A stretch of DNA of 64,000 bases from a virus. The notes under the pieces were generated by a model, which was not told the origin of the DNA, searched no databases, and saw nothing but the letters and a program-made list of their open reading frames with translations. Made by a program: the position numbers and the translations under genes. The stretch lies in IMG/VR virus record IMGVR_UViG_3300045988_141143. The stretch is one strand, 5' to 3'. This document shows, piece after piece, positions 6,526-15,368 of this stretch. How positions within the stretch are numbered: position 1 is the stretch's first letter; each line of letters opens with the position of its first letter.

Positions 6526-9168
6526 TTAGTAATTATTGTTGCTCATTATTCCTACGTCAAGATTACCGAAAGTGGTTTCTGTCTGTATCGAATAGATTCT
6601 TCCATACCCTGCGAGTGTCATGTACTTAGCGCCGAAGGTGGCTATCTGTACATAGAAGGATGGCCTTGTCACGCTCTGCCCCTTCTTGATGGCAGGCACC
6701 AGCTTTGTGTTGTCGTAGGCCGTGGCATCCCCAGTAAGGAACACGCCATCCGCAAGATTTGTCAGCGCACCATTCTTCACCATTGTGCGGCTCGTAAAAG
6801 TCCTTCCGTCGGCTGCACTCGCAAGGTCGTAAGTACCCAATCCGTTTGCCGAGTCGGCTACTATCTTTCCGTTCACTCTTGGCGCTGAGTAACGATACAG
6901 GGTTGTCGTTTTGCCCGTCGCACCCTTAACGAAAAGAATGTAGTTGTTATCCTTCGTTGCCGTGTACCACGACTTGGTGGTATCAACCCACGGTAGGTCT
7001 ACATTCTCTCCGAGCGGAGTCGTCAGTCCTGCGTCCTCTGCTTTGATATATTGCGCAGAAGTTATCTTCGCGTCGGTCTTGCTTAGCGAGGCGATACCAG
7101 CAGGGCCGAGGTCATAGAGAAAGTTTCCGTTGTCGTCGTAGTACGACAGCACGGCCTGTCCCGAACTGTTCAGACCGAAGCGGATGTTTGCAGTTCCTGC
7201 CTTGCCGTAGATATTGATAAGGCCATCGGCTATCCTTACCATCTGTCCGTTGTGTCCTTGGGATGTAAGCATCTGCGCCAGTATCAGAGCCGCATTGATG
7301 GCTCCGTCTTTAAAGAGAGCGGCTGTCGTTGTCTGACCGGTAGAGAGCGTGTTCTCCACCTTGATTTTCTCGCCATACAGAGTTACTCCTCTCGACGTAA
7401 TCTCAAGTCCTGCCGCCTTTGCTGTGGCTCTGTCGATGAGGTCGGTCTTCCGTTCTGTATAATCAGTAAGTTGTGCGCCTTCCTCCAGTTTCGGCTTTGT
7501 CACCCAAGCCTCAGTATCGCCTGGAACACGTATCAGCACCTTGTCTGGGATTACCTCTGCTCCCTCGCCAGTATAGTCCTCTATTCGCCAATGCACCCAG
7601 TACCGCTTATAGGTCGAGGTGAGTGCGAGCTGTGCGTATCCGTCAGCCCAGCCGTCCGTATATTCGTTTCCTTCGCAGGTTTCTGTATATACATTTGCAT
7701 GAACGCTGTCTCCATAGAGAAAGACGTTGATGTTTCCGCTGCCCTTGGCAACGAAGGAGAACACATAGTCCTGATTCTTTACTATTCTCGCCTGCCCAGA
7801 AAGGGTAGCTGTTGTTGGAAATTTATATTGCAAGACTTCTGTGTACTGAGACTCTGCCGAGTTGTTTTTGTTGTACAATATACCGTAGCAGCCTTCGTAT
7901 TTTCCAAACATAATCAGTCCACTGGCAAGCTGGAGATTGCTTTTGTCAGACGATCTGGTCAGTGTCATCGTGTCCTCCATAAGGTTTCCTCCCACATAGT
8001 CGTAGTCCGTTTCCGCAGGAGTCCAGCCTGTGTACTCGCTTCCTTCTTCAAGCATTGGCATACATATCCATCCGTTGCCCGAGGCAGTATAACCAAAGGT
8101 TCCGTCCACGGTTATGCCATTGTAGACAAAGATATTCACCTCGATAAACTCTGCGTTGCTCGTATTGAAGGTGTAGTTCACCTGCCTCCACTGATTCACC
8201 TCGTTCTCCTTTGTCAGCCCGTACATGTTACCCGAGGTGGCAGTAATTCTGTCCCCTCTATCGCCATTCAGCGCAGCCATTTTGAACACCTCCGATATAA
8301 CCTGTAAGTCCTTCGTGTCGCACTTTATCCATGCCGAGAAAGTGTAGTCTGTATTCTTCTTCACAGCGATGCCGTTGACGGCCTGTCCCCAGAAAAGACC
8401 CTTGTACTGAGGCGTTCCGTTACCCGTCACCGAGAAGCGGATGGCATTATGGCCGTTTACGCCCTGTGTTATCGTAGGCTGGAAGATGCCGTTCATATAA
8501 TATATATCACCCTTCCTCGTCAGTGACGTATCTCGCAGTAGGTTATGCCGTCCTTGCTGGCTCTGAGTCACACTGAGAGTAATCTCCTTTGCTGTCTGCT
8601 TGATAGTAGATGTGTAGGCTTTGAGAACGGTAGGATTGCTTCCTTTGAGGTCGTTCTCCAATGCCTTAAATTGCGACTGATACTGCTTTGCCGTAGCCTT
8701 TACACTACCCATATACTTCGACACGTTCACCGAGAATGGAACTTGCGCAAAATAGAGAACACCAGTGTAAACAAATTGTGCGACCGCATAGCCTGATGTT
8801 GCAGAAACCTGTCCTTGATTTACCCCGTCAACAATTACATCGTTCTTTGCAATATTACTGCCTGATACAGATACTTCGATATATCCATCCTTCTGTGTTG
8901 CACTACATTTGCAATTTACACACAAATCATCCCTTGAGTTAATATTGCTGCATTCATTAGAGATATTCAGGTTACCCTTCATTATCTTTACCTTCGCAAC
9001 CTTTGATATGCTAACAGGTACAATTCCACTATCATCTGTGTCAAAAACGAGCGGAGCGTCTTCGACAATAATAGAAACGGCATCCTTGCCAGGCTTGCCT
9101 TGCGGGCCTGGCGCACCATCCTTTATCGCCGCTATCGTTATCTGGCCCCTCGCCAATAATACTGCCAT
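6526..9168 (-). CDS. Tail fibre / receptor-binding protein (880 aa)
   Basis: N-terminus MAVLLARGQITIAAIKDG is shared with the 347-aa neighbour. Collagen-like GAPGPQGKPGKD, then a long beta-rich, Gly/Thr/Asn-rich body. Distal position in the tail block. Confidence 0.65.
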   Translation of the reverse strand: MAVLLARGQITIAAIKDGAPGPQGKPGKDAVSIIVEDAPLVFDTDDSGIVPVSISKVAKVKIMKGNLNISNECSNINSRDDLCVNCKCSATQKDGYIEVSVSGSNIAKNDVIVDGVNQGQVSATSGYAVAQFVYTGVLYFAQVPFSVNVSKYMGSVKATAKQYQSQFKALENDLKGSNPTVLKAYTSTIKQTAKEITLSVTQSQQGRHNLLRDTSLTRKGDIYYMNGIFQPTITQGVNGHNAIRFSVTGNGTPQYKGLFWGQAVNGIAVKKNTDYTFSAWIKCDTKDLQVISEVFKMAALNGDRGDRITATSGNMYGLTKENEVNQWRQVNYTFNTSNAEFIEVNIFVYNGITVDGTFGYTASGNGWICMPMLEEGSEYTGWTPAETDYDYVGGNLMEDTMTLTRSSDKSNLQLASGLIMFGKYEGCYGILYNKNNSAESQYTEVLQYKFPTTATLSGQARIVKNQDYVFSFVAKGSGNINVFLYGDSVHANVYTETCEGNEYTDGWADGYAQLALTSTYKRYWVHWRIEDYTGEGAEVIPDKVLIRVPGDTEAWVTKPKLEEGAQLTDYTERKTDLIDRATAKAAGLEITSRGVTLYGEKIKVENTLSTGQTTTAALFKDGAINAALILAQMLTSQGHNGQMVRIADGLINIYGKAGTANIRFGLNSSGQAVLSYYDDNGNFLYDLGPAGIASLSKTDAKITSAQYIKAEDAGLTTPLGENVDLPWVDTTKSWYTATKDNNYILFVKGATGKTTTLYRYSAPRVNGKIVADSANGLGTYDLASAADGRTFTSRTMVKNGALTNLADGVFLTGDATAYDNTKLVPAIKKGQSVTRPSFYVQIATFGAKYMTLAGYGRIYSIQTETTFGNLDVGIMSNNNY

Positions 9169-9191
9169 ACTCTTTCATTTTTTTTATTAAT

Positions 9192-9216
9192 AAAAAATAA
9201 GGGTGAGGTGCCCTTA
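9192..9216 (-). terminator. Intrinsic terminator-like hairpin overlapping the stop codon of gene 9214..10257
   Basis: Minus strand TAAGGG CACCTCA CCCTTA followed by TTTTTT. Confidence 0.5.
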
Positions 9217-10257
9217 TTTAGACACCTCACAAGTAAACGTGCCTCTCACTGCCACGTCAGCGTTGGACACCGTGACGTAAGGCTTGCTCGAAGCATTCAC
9301 CGCACTTGATGTACCGTTCCAGTTCGTGGCTACACCGCTGGCATTGTACTTCGTCCATTTGTAGATGTAGTTCGAGGCATGGTTGCTGTCTGCCTTCACC
9401 GCTGCACCATCCTCCACTACCTTGCCGTCTTTCCAGAGTCGGGCGTAAAGCTCCGTCGACTGCGAACCGTTCACTATCTTGTCGCCGGTCAGCGAATACA
9501 CCTCCACCACGTACGGGTCGCTCGCATCGAAGAACGTGATGATAGCGCTGGCCGTATCAGCACCGTCCTTCACCGTACAGCGGAAAGTCTGGAAGTTAAG
9601 CACGTCATTGGCGCTCACGTTCAGAGTGCTCACGCCGCCCGAAGTGCTCACGTTGCCCGAAGCCACGGCGTCCCATGTTCCTGCACTGATATTCAGCACC
9701 TCCCAAGTCATTGATGTCATGGTGGTGTCCTGCACGTTGCCACGGAAGAACTTGGCTATAGCACGCAGCTTATTGCTGTTGTTGGTCGAGTCGAACGTGT
9801 TGCCGTCGGGAGTCTCAATCTGCACCGTCTGAAGCGCACCGCCACTCTTAGCCAGCGAAATGGTCTTGTAGCCGATACACGTTGTCGTAGCCTTAGTTTC
9901 GGGGTCAGTATATTTGCACGACCACTCGATGTTCTTCACGCTGCCGTTCTTGTCGATGTTGCTGGCGAGGTTAAGCTGATACGACTTGCCGCTCACAGGA
10001 GTGGCAGCCACACCATCCAACTTCCACGACCATCCCGTACAAGCCGAGGTCGGAGCCTGGTCTGTAGCACTGCCCGTCACATATACACGGGCTGTTATCA
10101 CGTTTGGTTCACTCGACGAGTAGTTCGGAGTGTACACACCCGTGTCGGGGGTGTAAATCTGAGTCTCGCCCTTAGAGCATTGTGTAAAACACTGAACGGC
10201 CTTGCCGTCATTGAGGTCAACGATAGTAATCTGACCATTAGCTAATACTTTTGCCAT
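9214..10257 (-). CDS. Tail fibre protein with Ig-like repeats (347 aa)
   Basis: N-terminus MAKVLANGQITIVDLNDG matches the 880-aa fibre. Ser/Thr/Gly-rich beta-type repeats. Confidence 0.55.
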   Translation of the reverse strand: MAKVLANGQITIVDLNDGKAVQCFTQCSKGETQIYTPDTGVYTPNYSSSEPNVITARVYVTGSATDQAPTSACTGWSWKLDGVAATPVSGKSYQLNLASNIDKNGSVKNIEWSCKYTDPETKATTTCIGYKTISLAKSGGALQTVQIETPDGNTFDSTNNSNKLRAIAKFFRGNVQDTTMTSMTWEVLNISAGTWDAVASGNVSTSGGVSTLNVSANDVLNFQTFRCTVKDGADTASAIITFFDASDPYVVEVYSLTGDKIVNGSQSTELYARLWKDGKVVEDGAAVKADSNHASNYIYKWTKYNASGVATNWNGTSSAVNASSKPYVTVSNADVAVRGTFTCEVSK

Positions 10258-10281
10258 AATCGTTTGTTTGTTTTAATATTA

Positions 10282-12597
10282 TTATATGTTACTATTAATA
10301 GTCTTTGTATCTGATACGCACACACTACATCCGAATTGTGCCTGTCTGTCTACGTCGTCACGTGTTATAAGACAGTTCCGGCCAATCCCCTCATGCAGCT
10401 TATTCCATACAGCATCATCTTCGGCATCAGCCGATTGTCGCCACCACGACCATGAGCTGTTGCCCACGGTGTCGCTTATGTCCTCGCCATTGCGTAGCAG
10501 CGTTGCCTTCAGCGTCATTTCGCCCGAACCGTTAATCATCACCGTGCCCGTATCGCTCGTTATCATTATCTGATAAGCCACGCCGTCCTCGCCCTTGTCT
10601 CCCTTCTCGCCTTTGCTTCCAGATAGAACTTTTTTCCATTGTGTCGAGCCGTCAGAAGGCTCACCTGTTACGTCCTCCTCTGAATTGGCAACACACACCC
10701 AAACGGCATTATTGTGATTTACTTGGTCGTTCTTATGATAGGTATTTCCTTCTACCCAGTCACCTCTATAATTGATGATATTAATAGTACTGCCGTCATC
10801 CGAAATCAATTCAAAGTGTGAGGAATTGATTTTCGTTCCACCCTTCGGTGAAGTCTCGAATACCGACAGAGATACTTCTTTGTTCTCGCCATTTACGCTT
10901 TTTGTGATAGTATGCTTGTACTCAGAGATATTAGCATAGCAAGCGATACGAGGAGCATAGTCGCCAGTTGTCTCAAGGATAATCACGTTCTGCCTGTCCG
11001 TCTTGTCGTACTCAAGATTGCCATTACGATGTCTGTTGCCGTCCAGCACGATTGTGTCGCCCTCAGCAGGGTCTCCCTTTATCTCAACAGGCGCATTCTT
11101 CTCTGTATATCCGTCTAAGCCTTCGGAATGCTTGCCAACGACAATCCAAGCAAACGCCTGACCATCGTACAATTCCACCTGTTCTTCTCTCGTCTGCTCC
11201 TTACCAGCTTCGTCAAGATAAGTCTCCGTTTTAGTGCCGTATATCTTCTCATTTTGCGTAGATACGCCACCATCAGGAATAGTACGCCAGTAACTCTTAT
11301 TACTTGTATCACTATATGCTCCACCAGCCACAATCTCGCCAATAGTCTGACAGCGCACTTGGTCGCCCTCCTGCCAGTAGTTCATCGTGGCAGTAGTTCC
11401 GTTGTCAGCTAAGAGATAGCATTTCCAGCCAGCGCATTCTGCATCATCCGCAGTTGTTTCTACCCAAGATATAACACCGTCAGCAGATACCGATTCCTTG
11501 ACAGGCACAACTTTGATAAGCTTGCTACCAGCTCCAGATAAATAGATGTTGCCTCCCGAATAAGACAGCTTGCGTACATCTAATTCGTGGAATATCGCCT
11601 TGCCCCAGATGGTGAGGTTCGTAACGAAGGCGTGATATTTTCCGTTATCCTTCTTAACAGCGAAACCCTGCTCTGCTTCGTTGTCGTAGTCGATGGACTG
11701 TAACGACTCAAAGATGGCACGTCCTGCCTCGTCTATCAACGCTCCTCCCTTACCAAAGTAAGCACCTCTGTTCAGCTTTACTAAAGCCTCGCTCACCAGT
11801 CCTTTGATAAAGGTAATCATGCCGTTTACCGTGTCATCATTCTCTTTGGATAAGAAATGGCGTACACCAAACTGCCCAAGGAACTCAGGAGTAACCACTT
11901 TGTTGGCTGACGTATCATCGGTGTTTTCTGTCGCTACGCCAACGATTTTATGTCCATTCAAGAAAAGGGTGGCGATAGTGGCTGTCGCTGCCTTGAGCGT
12001 AGTAAATGCTGCCACAGAGATGGTCTTCAGGAACTTGATGGTGTCGTGTACTGACTCATATCTCCACCACTGACCCTCGCCGCCGGAAGCTATCGCTTCG
12101 TCGGTGGCAAGAGAACCGTATTCCACAGTGAGAGTCCACTCACGATACTTTTCTATGATGTCCTGATCGTTCTCATCCTTACCTACATTTTTGGTCAGGA
12201 CCTCAGAGATTTCTCCTTGCAGATACACATAGTAATAGTCCTCGTTGCCCACCTGCTTGTCCGGAGATGCAATAGACTTACCGTAGATGTCAATGCGCTC
12301 GCTGGGGAATACCACCATTGCCGTACCGTTGACGCCATTGCTGACGCGCGGAATGGCTACGTAAACATACTTAGCCTTTGCATCAGGAAAGAGAGAGGGA
12401 TAAGCCACTAACGGCCAACGCTGATAGTTGTGCCCGGCATCGTAGCCCAGACCCTCAATGTCCTGCATATAGCATAGAATAGAAGCACCACTCGCCACGC
12501 TACACTGGATGTAGTTAGGCTCACCCATTGCGTTGAGTTGGATATAGAGCGCACTGCTCGAAATCCAATAATTCGTAATTTTGACTTCTGTTACCAT
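10282..12597 (-). CDS. Tail fibre / baseplate-distal protein (771 aa) with a carbohydrate-binding-like motif
   Basis: YRGDWVEGNTYHKNDQVNHNNAVWVCV resembles CBM5/12 chitin-binding-type aromatic motifs. Collagen-like GSKGEKGDKGEDG near the C-terminus. Confidence 0.55.
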   Translation of the reverse strand: MVTEVKITNYWISSSALYIQLNAMGEPNYIQCSVASGASILCYMQDIEGLGYDAGHNYQRWPLVAYPSLFPDAKAKYVYVAIPRVSNGVNGTAMVVFPSERIDIYGKSIASPDKQVGNEDYYYVYLQGEISEVLTKNVGKDENDQDIIEKYREWTLTVEYGSLATDEAIASGGEGQWWRYESVHDTIKFLKTISVAAFTTLKAATATIATLFLNGHKIVGVATENTDDTSANKVVTPEFLGQFGVRHFLSKENDDTVNGMITFIKGLVSEALVKLNRGAYFGKGGALIDEAGRAIFESLQSIDYDNEAEQGFAVKKDNGKYHAFVTNLTIWGKAIFHELDVRKLSYSGGNIYLSGAGSKLIKVVPVKESVSADGVISWVETTADDAECAGWKCYLLADNGTTATMNYWQEGDQVRCQTIGEIVAGGAYSDTSNKSYWRTIPDGGVSTQNEKIYGTKTETYLDEAGKEQTREEQVELYDGQAFAWIVVGKHSEGLDGYTEKNAPVEIKGDPAEGDTIVLDGNRHRNGNLEYDKTDRQNVIILETTGDYAPRIACYANISEYKHTITKSVNGENKEVSLSVFETSPKGGTKINSSHFELISDDGSTINIINYRGDWVEGNTYHKNDQVNHNNAVWVCVANSEEDVTGEPSDGSTQWKKVLSGSKGEKGDKGEDGVAYQIMITSDTGTVMINGSGEMTLKATLLRNGEDISDTVGNSSWSWWRQSADAEDDAVWNKLHEGIGRNCLITRDDVDRQAQFGCSVCVSDTKTINSNI

Positions 12598-12629
12598 GAT
12601 GATTTTTGATTATTTATTTTTAGATGTAG

Positions 12630-12637
12630 CAAAGTTA
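12630..12637 (-). promoter_or_regulatory. Candidate -7 promoter box TAACTTTG upstream of the 771-aa fibre gene
   Basis: TAnnTTTG match on the minus strand about 33 nt upstream of the ATG at 12597. Confidence 0.45.
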
Positions 12638-12693
12638 CCGAAAACACTTTTCTTGATAGGGACAAAGCATGACGGGAGGGTGACACTTAGATA

Positions 12694-12732
12694 CAAAAAA
12701 ACGAAGGACACAGCCCTAAAGCCGATGTCCTT
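12694..12732 (-). terminator. Rho-independent terminator after gene 12764..13816
   Basis: Minus strand AAGGACA-N15-TGTCCTT followed by CG and TTTTTTT. Confidence 0.6.
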
Positions 12733-12763
12733 TGCCAAACAAACTAAGAAAAAAAGTATTCTA

Positions 12764-13816
12764 TCAGAGTAGAAGTGAACCATTAATATCGATCACTACT
12801 TTAAACGACAAAGCATACATATTGGTGTTAGTGTCATCCTGGATAGTGGTCTCGTCTTCCAAAGTGATGGTGCATGGAATCCAAATGCCGTGCGATAGAA
12901 TCCATGCGTGTTCGCTCATGGCAAACTCGTGCAGATACCAGTCGAGCCAATTCTCGTCGAGTGGGTCAGTAGTGAGATTCCAAGTTTCTTGATCATTCTG
13001 TTTCTTGACCGACGCACGAGAGAAGGAGTTGAACGTCTCCTGCTTTGCCACAATATACGATTCTGTTGTAAGCGCCATCTTACGGCTGTTGGCTTTCGGC
13101 AGACTGACACTCTCAAGTACACCAAACAGATTGATGAAGCGTATGGTGTAACGGTTGCTCGCCTCTGTAGCAGGAAGCGCATAGAGTTGGTGAGTACCGA
13201 TGGTCTGTAGTCCTTCCTGCGTAATCTCCTTAGAGACAGACGTGGGAGGAACCAGGGTCGGACTGTTACTGAGCAGTTGTTCTGTCTCGTATGATGGAGT
13301 ATAAATAAAGGTGTCACCCACAACGACGGGTTGCGGCAATGTGTTCGGCTTTCGGGTAAACGAAACGACTCCCTTGCTGAGTCCAGACAGAAGGCGCACC
13401 ATATCAGAGAAAGCACCCGCTATGCTGCGAAGGTTCGTATTGCCGGTTTCGTCGGGGTTTTGAGGATAAAACACCTCGCCTACATTGGTATGTATCTCAC
13501 CATTGCTATCCATATATTCATCGTAGGCATGGACGTACCAGCTCACGAAAGGATAGGTTGTCGGCTCGGGAGTATATTCGTAGGAGTCGAGTGCCGCACG
13601 GAGAGCTGACGATACATCAAGCGATACATCAGTGCCCTCTTTGGTGACAGGCTCATTGAGTTGTATGACATCATAGCTGCCGTCATTGTCGAACATGACC
13701 TCTACGACGACACGATGAAAAGAAGGTGTATTATCTGGAACTGACGGCGAGATGGTAAAAGTAACCGGGTTGCCAGCAAGGATTGAACCAGATGTAAGTA
13801 AAATATTCTTTGCCAT
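12764..13816 (-). CDS. Hypothetical tail/baseplate protein (350 aa)
   Basis: Long ORF with an ATG start in the tail block. No motif recognised. Confidence 0.45.
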   Translation of the reverse strand: MAKNILLTSGSILAGNPVTFTISPSVPDNTPSFHRVVVEVMFDNDGSYDVIQLNEPVTKEGTDVSLDVSSALRAALDSYEYTPEPTTYPFVSWYVHAYDEYMDSNGEIHTNVGEVFYPQNPDETGNTNLRSIAGAFSDMVRLLSGLSKGVVSFTRKPNTLPQPVVVGDTFIYTPSYETEQLLSNSPTLVPPTSVSKEITQEGLQTIGTHQLYALPATEASNRYTIRFINLFGVLESVSLPKANSRKMALTTESYIVAKQETFNSFSRASVKKQNDQETWNLTTDPLDENWLDWYLHEFAMSEHAWILSHGIWIPCTITLEDETTIQDDTNTNMYALSFKVVIDINGSLLL

Positions 13817-13879
13817 ATCTATAGATAAAACAGGAGATGAATGTATGTGCTGAGATTTTTCTTTTGGCTGCGAAAGTCG

Positions 13880-14128
13880 CTAAGACATTTTCTTCTCTAC
13901 GATAGCTGTCACATCAGACACAAGCTGTAAGTCTTTTGCCTCTTCTGGCGAAATCTTGATATGGAACATGGTTTCGGTCTGAAGAACGAGGTCGAGAAAG
14001 TCAATAGACTCAAGAGCAAGATCATCACGCAGGTTAGCGCTGTCGGTCACTTCTGCTGTCGATGCCCAAGGTGTGCGCAGGCCTTCAACGATATTGAACA
14101 CCCGCTGACGTATATCTTCTTTGTTCAT
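13880..14128 (-). CDS. Acyl carrier protein-like (81 aa)
   Basis: Helix-II motif DDLALESIDFLDLVLQTE, with Ser at the canonical phosphopantetheine position of D-S-L/I-D. Size and acidic character are typical. Its ATG overlaps the KS stop (ATGA). Confidence 0.7.
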   Translation of the reverse strand: MNKEDIRQRVFNIVEGLRTPWASTAEVTDSANLRDDLALESIDFLDLVLQTETMFHIKISPEEAKDLQLVSDVTAIVEKKMS

Positions 14129-15339
14129 GATGGTTGATATTTAGAGATGATGAATGATGAGTTGGTGCCTCCGAAGCCAAAGGCATTGCAGAGGATATGG
14201 TGTGCTGAGTACTCGCGTGACTGCATGACGAGATTGAGTTTGGGAAAAGCATTCTCGGCTGTGGTAGCCGCACCGAAGACAGTGTCTGTGTTGAGCATCA
14301 TGGATGCTTGAACGGCCTGCGATACACCAGCCATCCAGCACTCGTGCCCCGTCATGCCCTTGGTGGCTACGATATAAGGGCTCTCGGGGAATACCTTTCC
14401 GATGGCTTCTGCCTCTGCAGCATCGCCCAGCTCTGTACCTGTGGCATGGGCAAGGAGTACATCTATCATTCCTGCATCGAGTCCTGCCGATTCTATGGCC
14501 TTAATCATTGCCACTTCTTCCTGATAAGCATCCGGGGTACAGATGTTGGTGCCGTTGGTGGAGAAGCCGCAGCCGGAAAGTTCTGCCACGGGCGAGACTT
14601 CATAATCCTCGAAACGCAAGCTGTCGGAAGGCTCAAGAATGACACAGGCTGCACCACCCGAAGGAGCAAGACCATTGCGGCCTTTGCCGAAGGGCTGCAC
14701 CTTGTCGGGCGAGAAAACGCCCATGGCATCAAACGACAGCATGGAGAAGGGACCTGTCTCCTGTGCGCCAACGACAATCACCATGTCGGTTTGGCGCGTA
14801 TCAAGAAGCATCTTGGCAAGACCGATGGCATGACCTCCTCCGGCACAAGCCCCGCTGACGGTAAGCGAAAGTCCTTTCAGTCCGTAGATAGAGGCGAGAC
14901 TCATGCTGACGGTGGAATTGAGTGTACGGAACACTGCGCCTGCCCCTAAACGTCGGGTGTCGCGCTGTGTAATGGCAGTTGTCATTGCCTGATAGTTGTC
15001 TCCAGCCGTAGTGTCGTTGCTGACGATGACCGATACATTGTGAGACTGCAAGAACTCGGGAAGAATATTGGCTTCCATCAGAGCCTCGTTGACGGCAGAT
15101 AAGGAATATAGGGTCGGTTCGGAAAGACATTGCCGTTGAGCCCTGGTGAGTTCGGATAGCTTCCAAGGGTTCGGGTCATTTATCTTTCCGCACAGGTCGG
15201 ACTGATAACCTTTCTCGCTACGTGCGGGGTCGTGGTGAAGACCGCACTCTCCATACGCCAGCTTCTGTGCGACGGAAAAGGTATCGTTGCCAAGACAGGA
15301 AACGATACCTGTGCCTGTGATTAATATTTTTCTATCCAT
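14125..15339 (-). CDS. Beta-ketoacyl-ACP synthase, KAS I/II (FabF/FabB) family
   Basis: Active-site Cys in TVSGACAGGGHAIG. His in LLAHATGTELGD. Second His in TKGMTGHECWMAG. C-terminal NAFGFGGTNSSFII. Confidence 0.85.
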   Translation of the reverse strand: MDRKILITGTGIVSCLGNDTFSVAQKLAYGECGLHHDPARSEKGYQSDLCGKINDPNPWKLSELTRAQRQCLSEPTLYSLSAVNEALMEANILPEFLQSHNVSVIVSNDTTAGDNYQAMTTAITQRDTRRLGAGAVFRTLNSTVSMSLASIYGLKGLSLTVSGACAGGGHAIGLAKMLLDTRQTDMVIVVGAQETGPFSMLSFDAMGVFSPDKVQPFGKGRNGLAPSGGAACVILEPSDSLRFEDYEVSPVAELSGCGFSTNGTNICTPDAYQEEVAMIKAIESAGLDAGMIDVLLAHATGTELGDAAEAEAIGKVFPESPYIVATKGMTGHECWMAGVSQAVQASMMLNTDTVFGAATTAENAFPKLNLVMQSREYSAHHILCNAFGFGGTNSSFIISKYQPS

Positions 15340-15368
15340 GATTATGTTTGTTTGATTAAAGAATACTC

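Noticed and set aside
7252-8307. 351-aa plus-strand ORF inside the 880-aa tail fibre gene. Similar long antisense ORFs occur at 6067..6888, 16857..17522, 21474..22616, 25545..26813, 45840..46721 and 50004..51011.
   Set aside because: All lie antisense to ORFs with recognisable motifs or normal composition. They are Leu/Arg/His/Val/Cys-rich in the way typical of shadow ORFs. None has a promoter box or a plausible start context.
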